DNA of 32,000 nt from Candidatus Lokiarchaeum ossiferum (GTDB lineage: Archaea; Asgardarchaeota; Lokiarchaeia; Sigyniarchaeales; Promethearchaeaceae): the NCBI GenBank assembly GCA_025839675.1, contig CP104013.1, forward strand, positions 1,080,001-1,112,000. The letters are read 5' to 3'. Positions within the stretch are counted from its first letter, which is position 1, and each line of letters starts with the position of its first letter. Made by a program: the position numbers and the translations under genes. Below are positions 9,396 to 19,595 of the stretch, piece after piece. The notes under the pieces were generated by a model. That model did no database searches. It was not told the DNA's origin and saw only the letters and a list, made by a program, of their open reading frames with translations.

Positions 9396-10076
9396 ATGTT
9401 AGAATGGTTAGAGTTCGTTTTTGAGGGAATTGCTATTGTGGCATCCTACCTCAGTGCTATAGTTGTTCTCAGAAAAAATTCAAAATATATTGGAAATCAG
9501 TTAATGTTTGTAACTTTCTTTTTATTCGGAACATATATACTTTCACTACTTACTTATGGAATCATTAAAACAGAGATAGTCATACATATTCTTTTTCGGG
9601 TTGGAATTAATTGCCTACTTTATGGCATGCTTTTTCTATTCTTTACAATGCAAGTAATGGTTCACTCAAGTGGATGGATCAATAATAAAAACCACATTCT
9701 TCCATTTATAATTCCAGCAGGATTATGGTCAATTTGGACGATATTTGCACATTTAGAGATTTTATCAATAGATCCAGTCAATACAAGTATGGCTCTCCCA
9801 CCATTAATATTTCTAATATTGTCTTCGTTTGGATTGCTAATTAGTTCGATTATCAGTCTTTATAAGTATGGGATTAAAGAGACCAAAGGTGAGAATCGAA
9901 AAAAAATGCTAATCTTTATGGTAGGGTTAAGTATCAACTTAATAGCTCTTCTTATTTCTTTAGCGGCCCAACTTGAATCAGAAGGAATTTTAATGGATAT
10001 AATATTCTTTGTGGTTCTTGCCTGCGGTTTGGTAATTGTCGCTTATGGGTTTACCCGAAATACAAAAATTAAATAG
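9396..10076 (+). CDS. polytopic membrane protein (about 7 TM), stand-alone sensor-like module
   Basis: 226 aa, almost entirely hydrophobic helices. It resembles the 7TM N-terminal membrane modules seen fused to some histidine kinases, but there is no soluble domain. Confidence 0.55.
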   Translation: MLEWLEFVFEGIAIVASYLSAIVVLRKNSKYIGNQLMFVTFFLFGTYILSLLTYGIIKTEIVIHILFRVGINCLLYGMLFLFFTMQVMVHSSGWINNKNHILPFIIPAGLWSIWTIFAHLEILSIDPVNTSMALPPLIFLILSSFGLLISSIISLYKYGIKETKGENRKKMLIFMVGLSINLIALLISLAAQLESEGILMDIIFFVVLACGLVIVAYGFTRNTKIK

Positions 10077-10099
10077 AAGCGAACATAAGAAGAAAAAAG

Positions 10100-10846
10100 A
10101 TGATGGATCAAAATGCTCATGCAGCCCATGCATTTTGGCTTTACCAACTAACGCATCTAATTATTTTTTCATCATTACCTCCTACTTACTGGGGAACGCT
10201 CATAATAATTTGGGGGAATTTTCCAGATATTGATGCACTATTCCATTTATTACAAAAAAAAGATCCAAATGATATGAATTTTCAACATCACCTCGAATAT
10301 TGGACACATTGGCCAATCTCGTACATTCCAATATTTTTAATGGCTATAATTAGTTGGATTCTGAATTGGCAAAGTGAGTTTTTTTTATTCCTTGTAGTCG
10401 GGATATTATCCCATTTAATAGCAGACAGTGCTTGCTGCGGAGATGGACTAATGTGGAGAAAAATACCATGGAAAAGTAATCAGTTTTCCCCATTTGTTAA
10501 CTTATTTAGTTCAAAAACTGATGGATATCACGGAGGGTATTGGGTTCCAAGATGGAGACAAACAATTATGTTCAAAATTAGTATTTTTGAAACGATCCTA
10601 GGTATTTTTTTTTTGAGTTTACACACTATTTTTATTGAGAGCTCCTTCTGGTCAATTTTCGGAATTTTAATATTCTTAGTAACCCTTAGTTTGAGTTTCT
10701 GGCCTATTAACACCAAGTACAAGGAAGAACCCCCTGAAGGGCGATATGCAGATTACCGAAAAAATCCCCAATATTTAGCTTGGATGGAGAGATGTGGTTA
10801 TTCCTTTAATAAAAAATATCAAGCAAGAAAAAAGAATAAAAAATAA
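10100..10846 (+). CDS. membrane-bound metal-dependent hydrolase-like protein (YdjM/DUF457-like)
   Basis: Hydrophobic core with His/Asp motifs in the family-typical order: NFPDIDALFH, HHLEYWTHWP, LSHLIADS. The C-terminal tail is basic. Confidence 0.5.
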   Translation: MMDQNAHAAHAFWLYQLTHLIIFSSLPPTYWGTLIIIWGNFPDIDALFHLLQKKDPNDMNFQHHLEYWTHWPISYIPIFLMAIISWILNWQSEFFLFLVVGILSHLIADSACCGDGLMWRKIPWKSNQFSPFVNLFSSKTDGYHGGYWVPRWRQTIMFKISIFETILGIFFLSLHTIFIESSFWSIFGILIFLVTLSLSFWPINTKYKEEPPEGRYADYRKNPQYLAWMERCGYSFNKKYQARKKNKK

Positions 10847-10850
10847 TCTC

Positions 10851-11435
10851 TTAGAAGGAGTAGTTCCAATTTGGAGTAAACATCCCTTGAAATTCTTTTC
10901 GCTCCTTGACATCATCAAATATAGCCAAATAATTAAAAACCAAATCAGTAAATTCCATCAAAGCAACCCCAGTAGATGTGATTATGTGAGAATCTTGAAA
11001 AGCTCGGGTTGATTGGAAGTTGTCCCATGGAAACGGATCTTCAATTTTATTTTCTTTAAAATGTTCTGGATTAAGGGAAGTAGTATATTTGTATTTTGAT
11101 AACAAACCCGCTAGAGCAAGGTGGGTTGGTCCAGCACATATTGCCCCAATTAGTTTCTTTTGTGCATCAAAGTTTAAAATCAGATCTTTGAGCTTTGGAT
11201 CCAAGAAGATATCAACACCACCGGGAAAAATTAGTCCCAGATAATCTTGATTCATATCTATATCATCGATAGAATAATCCGATGTGATATGCCATCCTTC
11301 TAAAGTAACAATTTCAGTTTTCTGAAGGGCAAAGGAACGCACTTTCACTTGTTCGCCATGATTAAGAAACCATCCAATAATGGACACTTCCGAAAGACAA
11401 CATGTGTCATAAAGATAAATCAGTAATTCTTGCAT
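10851..11435 (-). CDS. DJ-1/PfpI (ThiJ) family protein
   Basis: Nucleophile-elbow motif GAICAGPTHLALAGLL, a preceding FPGG motif, and 194 aa length. Confidence 0.8.
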   Translation of the reverse strand: MQELLIYLYDTCCLSEVSIIGWFLNHGEQVKVRSFALQKTEIVTLEGWHITSDYSIDDIDMNQDYLGLIFPGGVDIFLDPKLKDLILNFDAQKKLIGAICAGPTHLALAGLLSKYKYTTSLNPEHFKENKIEDPFPWDNFQSTRAFQDSHIITSTGVALMEFTDLVFNYLAIFDDVKERKEFQGMFTPNWNYSF

Positions 11436-11572
11436 GCAAAGATCAAATTGCCTTCACCTTATATAATTTCTTTTACTGCTTACAAATTTTAATTCATAAT
11501 GATGGAAAAAATGAACTTCGAGGATTTTTGATAGAGAAACTGTTTGATTCTTTGGGGAAATATTTTTTCCTT

Positions 11573-12430
11573 CTAAACAATCGATTGTGAAGTTACTTCC
11601 CCAGTGATCGCATAATCAATCCGATCTAACCATTCACGAAGATGTGCATGCAAAAGTTTTTCTTGTTCTTGTTGGAGATTATGTCCTGCAGCATCTAAGA
11701 CAACATAAGATGCCCGTGGGAATTTTGAGAGCAATTTAAAATGATCTTGGAAGCCTACAATATTATCTTGTCTACCTAAAAGAAATAAGGAGGGGCCAGA
11801 ATAGATAGGAAGTTTTTCATCAACATCAAATGTAAAATTATAATTTCCTGTATCTTGGATATTGGCGAGGAACTCTTCATCTGCTCGTTTTAATCCAGGT
11901 GCGATTTCTTTCGCAAATCGATCCACAATTTCTTTAATTTGAACAATTAAAAAACCATCAAGTTCCTTCTGTTGGGAGGGATCCAAAGAATGATAATAAA
12001 CTTCATCCCTTAGTACAGCATTGAATTCTGGAGTATTTCGTTTTGATTGTATTATTTCTCCCACTGAACAAATTGTACCAAGCCCTAGTATTTGAGAAAA
12101 TTTCTTTAGCAATATCCCACGGGCTAAATATCCTCCATAAGATTCACCGATTAAAATAAATGAAGTCTTTCCTATTACCTTATCAATAAATTGTAACATG
12201 ATCTCAAGAAAATCATCGCTTCTGTTGATCCAAGGTTCTCCCTTAGTAAGTCCACATCCGGGTAAATCAGGATATATTCGTTTATAACCAGAATTTCGTT
12301 GAAAAAAAGGTTCCAAACAAGATGTCATTAATTCATGGTCTGGCATCCAACCATGGAGTGCCAAGATTGGAATTCCATCCCCCACTATTTCATAATGAAT
12401 AGTTATTTTTTCAAGTTGACAAGTTCTCAT
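11573..12430 (-). CDS. alpha/beta-fold hydrolase
   Basis: ALHGW oxyanion region, nucleophile elbow GESYGG, acid LLGRQDNIV and His DAAGHNL give a complete Ser-Asp-His triad in the canonical order. Confidence 0.8.
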   Translation of the reverse strand: MRTCQLEKITIHYEIVGDGIPILALHGWMPDHELMTSCLEPFFQRNSGYKRIYPDLPGCGLTKGEPWINRSDDFLEIMLQFIDKVIGKTSFILIGESYGGYLARGILLKKFSQILGLGTICSVGEIIQSKRNTPEFNAVLRDEVYYHSLDPSQQKELDGFLIVQIKEIVDRFAKEIAPGLKRADEEFLANIQDTGNYNFTFDVDEKLPIYSGPSLFLLGRQDNIVGFQDHFKLLSKFPRASYVVLDAAGHNLQQEQEKLLHAHLREWLDRIDYAITGEVTSQSIV

Positions 12431-12441
12431 ATATAGTTACA

Positions 12442-13203
12442 TTAATGATTATTTTTTAAGAACCCCATTTTCGTCAAAATGGAGTAGAAATCCTGGTTAA
12501 AAGAGCTTTTCCCATCCCACCATTCGGTAAAAAACCATTCGAAATAGTTCTTAAACCCTTTCTCATGCAATTTTTCTTCACTAACAAATAACATCATATG
12601 GTTTTCATCTCGACTGTAAAAATCGACCTGCCCTTTAATTTCTTCAGGAGTCATTTCTTGATATCTGCCATAATGAACAATTCCCGTTCGGGCTCGCCCT
12701 TTTTGAAATGGAGGTTCAGATTTGGCATAGCCAAATGATAACGTTATCAATGGAAACACGTTATGATCGGGTAAATTAAGTATCTCATACACTTTTTCTA
12801 AGCCAGTGCGATGGAGCACATTAGTTATTAAGGAATCAACACCTAATGACTTTCCTGCCAGAACTGCTGTTTGGGCGGCTAAAACCGTATCAGTAGAGCA
12901 GGTGACAAAATCTACAATATCCCCAGCATACCAATCTTTACCTACATATTTTGCAAAGGCAGCAATACGATTGAGATCAATACAATAAACCAACGCTTTA
13001 TTTCCTCCATAGAAAAATTTTGTTAGCAAATCATGGTCTTCTATCACAATAATGGAATAGGGCTGTCTCGCTGAAGAAGAAGCGGCTCGAAGACTAGCAT
13101 CAATAATTGATTCTAATATATCTGGGCTGATGTCTCGATCCGAGAAGGAACGGATAGAACGCAGATTATGGATTGTTTTTAAGGTCTCATTCATAATTAT
13201 CAT
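12442..13203 (-). CDS. nitroreductase family protein
   Basis: N-terminal LRSIRSFSDRDISPDILESIIDASLRAASSSARQPYSIIVIED is typical of FMN nitroreductases. I prefer the ATG at 13203, which shares one base with the upstream gene's TGA (TGATG coupling), over the GTG at 13206 in the ORF track. Confidence 0.85.
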   Translation of the reverse strand: MIIMNETLKTIHNLRSIRSFSDRDISPDILESIIDASLRAASSSARQPYSIIVIEDHDLLTKFFYGGNKALVYCIDLNRIAAFAKYVGKDWYAGDIVDFVTCSTDTVLAAQTAVLAGKSLGVDSLITNVLHRTGLEKVYEILNLPDHNVFPLITLSFGYAKSEPPFQKGRARTGIVHYGRYQEMTPEEIKGQVDFYSRDENHMMLFVSEEKLHEKGFKNYFEWFFTEWWDGKSSFNQDFYSILTKMGFLKNNH

Positions 13204-13676
13204 CACAAGTTAAATTTACTTTTTATCCCAGAACCCCACCATTCTAGGGAGGAAGGAATAAATTGCATTATTATGTAATCGGGATCATTTACACCAAGTG
13301 AATAGTATTGTTCTGAACCTTCAACCCATAAACCCTTTTTAAACTCCATATCTTCAACAATTTTTAGTTTTCCATTCAAAGATAAGCCTAAAAATTCTTC
13401 AGTCCGGGTAATTAACACGCAAGCAGTAGGATCTTTTAGAACTTGCTGATATTTACTGGAAGACTGATTGGTAGAAAAGAAGATGGAAAAACCATCTTGA
13501 TAAGGTTCTAAAGTAGGTTGAATTGTGGGAAAAAAAGATTTTCCCCTTAAATTGAACATAGAACGCGTATGTGGCAAACCATTTTCATCCAGCGTAGTTA
13601 AAAAGGCAAACTGAGATTCTTTAATTAGCTGTAGTCCAAGTTTTATTACTTTCTCTCTTTCTTCTTCAAAATTCAT
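13203..13676 (-). CDS. pyridoxamine 5'-phosphate oxidase-like FMN-binding protein (general stress protein 26-like)
   Basis: 157 aa with the family pattern FAFLTTLDENGLPHTRSMF...IFFSTNQSSSKYQQVLKDPTACVL...GKLKIVED. Confidence 0.75.
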   Translation of the reverse strand: MNFEEEREKVIKLGLQLIKESQFAFLTTLDENGLPHTRSMFNLRGKSFFPTIQPTLEPYQDGFSIFFSTNQSSSKYQQVLKDPTACVLITRTEEFLGLSLNGKLKIVEDMEFKKGLWVEGSEQYYSLGVNDPDYIIMQFIPSSLEWWGSGIKSKFNL

Positions 13677-13967
13677 AATATCACCATCAATAAATTGAAA
13701 ATTTTCTTATATAAGATAGTTCTATATAGAACATAAATTTATATAAATTTTACTATATCCAAACATTCTTTTCAAAATCGTGGAAATCAGAGATAGTATA
13801 ACTTCCATCGAATATTGAACTTATTCTCAAAAATAAATCCCTTTACCAACCTTAATGACATGATCGCCAATTATTACACCTTTTTTTATTGCAGACTCAT
13901 TTCTTTCTAATCTCTCAATTTTTCTTCCAAAAATCACCTTCTTTTCTTAAAAAAGATCTAATCAGCG

Positions 13968-14771
13968 GTGAGTTTTTTTATAACGCTTAAATGGATAAAA
14001 TCGATCAATTATATCATGGCGGGAGGGTTTTTTCAAAAAGATAGTGAAGATGAAAAGAAATCATATGAAATTCCATATATTGGAAGAGCAGATGAATCAG
14101 GAAAAAATCTTGGGAAAGAGTTTTATGAAAAATCTTTAGGGATTATGACTTTGGGGTCTCTATTATGCTCTGCCACAACCTTATGGCGTCTCAATTCAGC
14201 CATACTTACTTTAAATTCGAATTTAATTCCTCTTTATATTGGGATAGCAGTTTTTTCTTTGTTATGCTGCCATATTTATTGTGCCAAAGGAAGTAATGGC
14301 ACAAGTCTATGTGGATATCTTGCATTTAATTGGGCGCTTGGAGAATTAATTGGTCGATTACTCTTTTCATTTATTCCAGAATTCGAACTCGCTCCCATAA
14401 ATAAAATGGTGATCATTATTGGTAGTGTTTTTCTTTCCGTCAATGGGGGAATTTGGCTCAATTCCATCGTAAAAACGCGCTATAATCAATCATCAGGAAC
14501 AAATATAACAATTCTTTATTTCTTTATCATTCAATTAATCATAGGTTTAATTTGTGGTTTCATTACATATGTATTTTTGGTTGAACTAGTGTTAATGGGT
14601 TTGGTTTTGTTGGGCACCGCTCTTGGAGTGGGTGATGCATCCCTAAGTATTGAGGAAGGAAATTGGATGGGCGGAGTGCTAGCGGTTTTCTGGTACTCAT
14701 TTTACATAATGTTGCGTTTCGGACGCCTTATATTTTATTTACTCTATATCATTCTACGGTGCTTGAAATAA
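13968..14771 (+). CDS. polytopic membrane protein, unknown family
   Basis: Soluble N-terminal ~50 aa followed by about 6-7 hydrophobic helices. The start is ambiguous: GTG at 13968 or ATG at 14016 (MAGGFFQK). Confidence 0.55.
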   Translation: MSFFITLKWIKSINYIMAGGFFQKDSEDEKKSYEIPYIGRADESGKNLGKEFYEKSLGIMTLGSLLCSATTLWRLNSAILTLNSNLIPLYIGIAVFSLLCCHIYCAKGSNGTSLCGYLAFNWALGELIGRLLFSFIPEFELAPINKMVIIIGSVFLSVNGGIWLNSIVKTRYNQSSGTNITILYFFIIQLIIGLICGFITYVFLVELVLMGLVLLGTALGVGDASLSIEEGNWMGGVLAVFWYSFYIMLRFGRLIFYLLYIILRCLK

Positions 14772-14826
14772 ATAGAGAGAAAAAACAGTGTAAATTGCAA
14801 AAAACTCTGGTAACTTAACCCCTAAG

Positions 14827-16254
14827 TTATAAAAATCCCTTTTTATAATACTTGACCATTTGTGAATCTGCTTCTTTCCACTCGTCGGTTGCAGCTTCAA
14901 AAATCAATCTGGCTTTTTTGCTCACATCACTTGTGATTTCCTCAACATTAAGTGAAGGAAATTCATTATCTTTGATAATAAAATCCCCATTGATGATTAC
15001 ATTATTAACTTCAGAGCCATTCGTCGAATAAACAAGATTAGGAATAATAGTGTGGAACGGATTGTCAATAACAGGTACTAAATTCAATTTTTTGAGGTTT
15101 AAAGTGATTACATCAGCATTTTTTCCAACTTTTAAAGAACCTATCTTCTGATCCAATCCTAAAACCTTGGCACCATTAATTGTCACTAACTTAATTGATT
15201 CCCATGGAGGCAAGGCGGTAGGATCTTTTGAAATAATTTTGGTTCCAATGCTGGCCAATTTTAGCTCTAAAAATAAATTGTGATGGCCCGGACCAGGGGC
15301 TTGATCTGTACCAATAGCTGCGGTACCACCTAGCTTCAGATAATGACCAATTGGTGGAAGAATTCCATCAATACAAGATATCGAAGACGGACATCCGACC
15401 ATTTTAACATCTTTTTGAACCATTAACTCTCGTTCCTCAATTGTAGTATCATGAATATGAGCGGCGACCAGATTTTCATCCAAGAAATTCCGATCATTCA
15501 GAATGCTTATAGTCGTTGCCCCTTTTCCGTACCGTTTTTCTATTTGGGTGCGTTCTCTATTTCCTTGAGCGATGTGCATGTGAATTTTGCATTTTTTTTC
15601 TTTGGCTTTGGCTTGAACAATTTTTAGGGTCTCTTCAGAAACCATATCGAGCGCTTGTGGTCCATACATGGAAGTCACAAGGGGATGATCTTGAAAATCT
15701 TTGAATAGAGCATCCGCCCGTTTTAAAGGGTCCTTTCCAAGCTCGGAATCTAGTTCATACAAATCCGTCGGTTTAAGCTTTACTCTATCTGAAGCCATTT
15801 CATTTATGGTTTCAATTGCCACAACTCGAGTTTTAAACGGCAAATAAACATTGTTAACAAGAGAACTAACATGCGTTTCATATTCCGCAAATGTAGTGGT
15901 ACCTGACCGGATTCCTTCAAGAACGCCCAATTGGGCCCCTGCCACCATCCCTTCAATACCTAAATGTTTCTTGAACGGCCCAAATCCTTTATTCATCCAT
16001 TCACTTTCGGGCAAATCTTGGGCCGCCCCACGTAACAAAGTTTCACTGGTATGAATATGAGAATTAATTAACCCTGGCATTGTCAAAAGATTTGATCCAT
16101 CAATGATATGATCAGCACTTTGGTATTGAAAATCCGTTGTTTTACCTACAAATGTGATCTTGCCATTTTCAATTGCCAGACCACCATCATTAATTATTCC
16201 CAAACCCCTCCCCTCGAAGGTTAACAGTTTGGTATTGATAATTGCGATATCCAT
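14827..16254 (-). CDS. amidohydrolase superfamily protein (MtaD/SsnA/chlorohydrolase-type deaminase-like)
   Basis: Metal-ligand motifs in the canonical order: INSHIHTSE (HxH), KIHMHIAQG, VAAHIHD, AIGTDQAPG. 475 aa. Confidence 0.85.
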   Translation of the reverse strand: MDIAIINTKLLTFEGRGLGIINDGGLAIENGKITFVGKTTDFQYQSADHIIDGSNLLTMPGLINSHIHTSETLLRGAAQDLPESEWMNKGFGPFKKHLGIEGMVAGAQLGVLEGIRSGTTTFAEYETHVSSLVNNVYLPFKTRVVAIETINEMASDRVKLKPTDLYELDSELGKDPLKRADALFKDFQDHPLVTSMYGPQALDMVSEETLKIVQAKAKEKKCKIHMHIAQGNRERTQIEKRYGKGATTISILNDRNFLDENLVAAHIHDTTIEERELMVQKDVKMVGCPSSISCIDGILPPIGHYLKLGGTAAIGTDQAPGPGHHNLFLELKLASIGTKIISKDPTALPPWESIKLVTINGAKVLGLDQKIGSLKVGKNADVITLNLKKLNLVPVIDNPFHTIIPNLVYSTNGSEVNNVIINGDFIIKDNEFPSLNVEEITSDVSKKARLIFEAATDEWKEADSQMVKYYKKGFL

Positions 16255-16298
16255 AAATTTATGTAAATCATTGGAAAAATTAAATCTATTTGGGTCTT

Positions 16299-16319
16299 GA
16301 AAAAAATGACATTTTTTTC
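16299..16319. promoter_or_regulatory. perfect 10+1+10 palindrome in divergent intergenic region
   Basis: gaaaaaaatg-a-catttttttc lies between the amidohydrolase start (16254) and the acylase start (16425). The arms are low complexity (A7/T7), so significance is limited. Confidence 0.3.
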
Positions 16320-16424
16320 AGTAGCTGGAAAATGATACCATTTTAAAAATAAGCAATATATTTTTTATCGCAATCGGCAAATATGAAATAAGATTGTTAC
16401 GCAAAATAAAAATGTGAGCGATTT

Positions 16425-19046
16425 ATGAATCAAGATCAAAAAAAAGTAATATTCAAATCATCTGGAGCTTTGGCTATATCCATTTGTATGATGGTGGTGC
16501 TATCAATTCCATTTGGTATGATTCCTCCCCTAGGAAAATTTCTTCTTCCAGGTACGGGGATTTGGGATGTCCCTGATAACTATGCATCTTATGAGGAAAT
16601 TTATGATGAAAACCTAAATGATGAAGTTAAAATATATCGTGATGAATTTGGAGTTCCTCACATCTATGGAAGTAACGAAGAAGATTTAATGTTCGCTCTG
16701 GGTTACTGTCATGCCCAAGATCGAATAATTCAAATGGATCTTATTCGGAGAAGTTCACGAGGAACCCTTTCAGAATTGGTGGGACCTTCTGCATTGGAAA
16801 CAGATAAATTCAATATTCTTAAAATGGAAGCCTATTGGGCCAATTTGACTTACATTGAGATGAAGGCGAGTAATGATCCTCAAATACAAAATATTCGGAC
16901 CATTATGGAGAAATATGTTGCAGGGGTCAATCTTTACATCTCAACAAGTGACAATGCACGACCTTTTGAATATCAATTTTTAGATGCGGAAATTTCACCG
17001 TGGGATGTAATCGATACCCTTGTATATGCAAAATATATTTCGGAATATTTTACATGGGGTTATTCCGATTTTCAGCGGTATTCTGATGTAATGACATTAG
17101 GTAAAGAAAATTATACTGAATTGTTTGGATTTCCAGCCCCTTATCAAATTCCTGTCGTTCCAAACTATGGAGAGTTTGATAGTATTTCTGTTCCTCCCAG
17201 TCTCCCAAATCCATCAAGTGATTCAACACCAGCATCTTCATATGCACAAGATTCAAAATTATCCCGGTTTTCTAAAGAATTTGCTAATGAATTTTTGAAA
17301 GGGATTTCGCAATTTCCTCAAGAAGCAGATAGAATAAATCCAGAATATATCATTGGATCCAATAACTGGGTCATTTCAGGCAATAAAACAGAATCTAGTT
17401 TTCCCTTACTATGTAATGATATGCACCTTGGTTGGAGTCTACCAGGTATGTGGCATGAGGCACATTTGATTGAGACAGATTCAGATCTAAACATCTATGC
17501 AGTGTTTCTACCGGGAGTACCTCTTCCCGTTGCAGGTCATACCAATTATCTCGGATGGGGTGAAACCATCGCAGCTTTTGATATGCAAGATTGGTATTAC
17601 TATAATGGGATTAATGAAACCCATTATGAATACAAAGGAGAACCAATTCCTTATGAAGTTCATGAAGTATTAATTCCAGTTAAAGGAAATGAACCTGTCT
17701 TATATCGATTTAACGCGACCGTCCATGGACCCGTTTTCACAAATTTGATTTCTGTTCCTGAGTTATTTAAAGATAGTGTTATTGCCTGCAAATGGGTTTC
17801 CCAAAACATTACATATGATTATTTGGCTCTTTATGGATATATGCATGCGAAGGACGTTTATGAATTTGATGAAGCATCCCGGTTTTTTGCATGTCTTCCG
17901 TTAAACATTGCCTTTGGTGATGTAGATGGGAATATAGGGATGCGCCCCAACGCTAAAGTTCCAATTCGAAATGATAGCAATTTACCAGATTGGCATATCG
18001 GAAATGGAAGAATGCCATACAATGGATCAAAGGGGGAGGGAGAATGGATAGGTTATGTCGATTTCGATGATCTTCCAGTTTCAATTAATCCAGAACAAGG
18101 ATATTTAACCTCAGCCAATCAACAAATTGCAGGACCCGATTTTCCAAATGTAGACTCAATCAATGGGGGAGGTTCTGTAGGATACCGAGCGCGACGTTTA
18201 AACACACTCCTCGCTTCAGGAAACGAATTCACAATTAATGATATGAAGGAAATTCAATTGGATTTATACAGTCCTAGAGCCGGAAATTTCACACCGTATT
18301 TAATTAATGCTTTAGCGTCAGTCACTGAGAAAACCAAGTTGCAACAGGATGTTTATGATGAATTGGTTAGCTGGGATTATATTATGTTAGGTTCATCCCC
18401 AGCAACGACAATATTTAACATCTGGAATGATGCTTATTTACATTCCACATTTTATGATGATATGGATTTGCGAGGAGATTTCAGTACACCATCTTGGGCA
18501 GTTCTGGAATACTTAACAAAAGAAGAACCAAATTCAAAGTGGTTTGATAATGTTTCAACATCGATTGTAGAAAATCGGGATAGTACAATTCTCTATGGAC
18601 TTGAAAAATCTCTGAGTGCTTTGGAAAAATATTACGGAACTGACGACATCTCAGCATGGAAATGGGGTGATATTCACCAATTAACTTTTGATCATCTTCT
18701 AGGATTACCTGGATTAGGTGTTGGCCCATTTCCAGGAAACGGCACATCAGTAACTGTGAATCCATCCTATACCCAAAATTTTGTGAATTGGGAAGTCCGA
18801 TATGGCGCTTCGCGTGGAGGCCCATCAGAGCGTATAATTGTGGATTTTTCTAATATGAATAATTCGCTCTCAGTAATACCATCAGGAGAATCGGCGATCT
18901 CGAGTTCAGAACATTATGCCGATCAATTGACACTATTTTTACAAGGAGAATTTCATAACCAGTATTTCAAAGCCGAAGATCCTGACACTCTTGAAAAATG
19001 GTGTAATGTTGAATCCATTTTAGTATTGAAAAAGGAGGAGAAATAA
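16425..19046 (+). CDS. penicillin amidase / acyl-homoserine-lactone acylase family Ntn hydrolase, N-terminally membrane anchored
   Basis: 873 aa. Family motifs GYCHAQDRIIQMDLIRRSS and the autoprocessing/nucleophile site IIGSNNWVISG. The N-terminal hydrophobic segment ALAISICMMVVLSIPFGMI acts as an anchor or signal. Confidence 0.9.
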   Translation: MNQDQKKVIFKSSGALAISICMMVVLSIPFGMIPPLGKFLLPGTGIWDVPDNYASYEEIYDENLNDEVKIYRDEFGVPHIYGSNEEDLMFALGYCHAQDRIIQMDLIRRSSRGTLSELVGPSALETDKFNILKMEAYWANLTYIEMKASNDPQIQNIRTIMEKYVAGVNLYISTSDNARPFEYQFLDAEISPWDVIDTLVYAKYISEYFTWGYSDFQRYSDVMTLGKENYTELFGFPAPYQIPVVPNYGEFDSISVPPSLPNPSSDSTPASSYAQDSKLSRFSKEFANEFLKGISQFPQEADRINPEYIIGSNNWVISGNKTESSFPLLCNDMHLGWSLPGMWHEAHLIETDSDLNIYAVFLPGVPLPVAGHTNYLGWGETIAAFDMQDWYYYNGINETHYEYKGEPIPYEVHEVLIPVKGNEPVLYRFNATVHGPVFTNLISVPELFKDSVIACKWVSQNITYDYLALYGYMHAKDVYEFDEASRFFACLPLNIAFGDVDGNIGMRPNAKVPIRNDSNLPDWHIGNGRMPYNGSKGEGEWIGYVDFDDLPVSINPEQGYLTSANQQIAGPDFPNVDSINGGGSVGYRARRLNTLLASGNEFTINDMKEIQLDLYSPRAGNFTPYLINALASVTEKTKLQQDVYDELVSWDYIMLGSSPATTIFNIWNDAYLHSTFYDDMDLRGDFSTPSWAVLEYLTKEEPNSKWFDNVSTSIVENRDSTILYGLEKSLSALEKYYGTDDISAWKWGDIHQLTFDHLLGLPGLGVGPFPGNGTSVTVNPSYTQNFVNWEVRYGASRGGPSERIIVDFSNMNNSLSVIPSGESAISSSEHYADQLTLFLQGEFHNQYFKAEDPDTLEKWCNVESILVLKKEEK

Positions 19047-19475
19047 TTGAAGGGTATAGACTTTACAAATGTCAAAAAGCATTCGTTTACTTTAGGGATC
19101 TTAGCTAGCAGTATTACGGGATTTTTATTTACCTTAATACCCATCTGGCAATTAGCCTTCATTCCAGGAATCTTAGGGGGAATATTAAATTCTAATCAAA
19201 AAAAGGGAACTTTGAGCGGAATGATTGGAATGCCCATTGCATGGAGCACATCAATTATTTATTATCTTTTGCTGAATAAAACCAATATCTTATTTGATCA
19301 ATTGGGAGTCCTCATACTTAATCAAACTGGTATGGGCTGGTTATTTATCGTAGTAATCATACTTATTGGAATGATCATTGGAGCACTGGGGGGAATGATC
19401 GGTGCGGGAATAAATATATTATTCTTAGGAAACAAAAAGATTAAAGAACTAGATGTTGAGTCAATAGAAAAATGA
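19047..19475 (+). CDS. small membrane protein (about 4 TM), coupled to acylase gene
   Basis: The TTG start directly abuts the acylase TAA. A strong GGAGGAG (19034-19040) lies 6 nt upstream. Helices are Gly-rich and hydrophobic. Confidence 0.6.
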   Translation: MKGIDFTNVKKHSFTLGILASSITGFLFTLIPIWQLAFIPGILGGILNSNQKKGTLSGMIGMPIAWSTSIIYYLLLNKTNILFDQLGVLILNQTGMGWLFIVVIILIGMIIGALGGMIGAGINILFLGNKKIKELDVESIEK

Positions 19476-19477
19476 AA

Positions 19478-19493
19478 TTTTTTTCTTTTTTTT
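19478..19493 (+). terminator. oligo-T tract (T7-C-T8) after small membrane protein gene
   Basis: Begins 3 nt after the stop at 19475. This is an archaeal-style oligo-T termination signal with no hairpin. Confidence 0.4.
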
Positions 19494-19578
19494 GATTTCT
19501 GCAGAAAATTTATAGGAAAAGTCAAGAATTTAAATATAGCAACATTTTAGATGCTTTATAGCAATTTTCTGATCCATT

Positions 19579-19589
19579 AAAAAAAAAAA
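19579..19589 (-). terminator. T11 tract (minus strand) after aminopeptidase 1
   Basis: A11 on the plus strand, 7 nt beyond the stop codon at 19596-19598. Confidence 0.4.
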
Positions 19590-19595
19590 GTGAGA

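Noticed and set aside
13719-13732. 14-nt perfect palindrome GTTCTATATAGAAC upstream of the PNPOx-like gene
   Set aside because: Its core is simply TATATA at a suitable distance (about 43-56 nt) from the start codon at 13676, so it is most simply a TATA box with fortuitous symmetric flanks. It was kept out of the findings for lack of a second copy.
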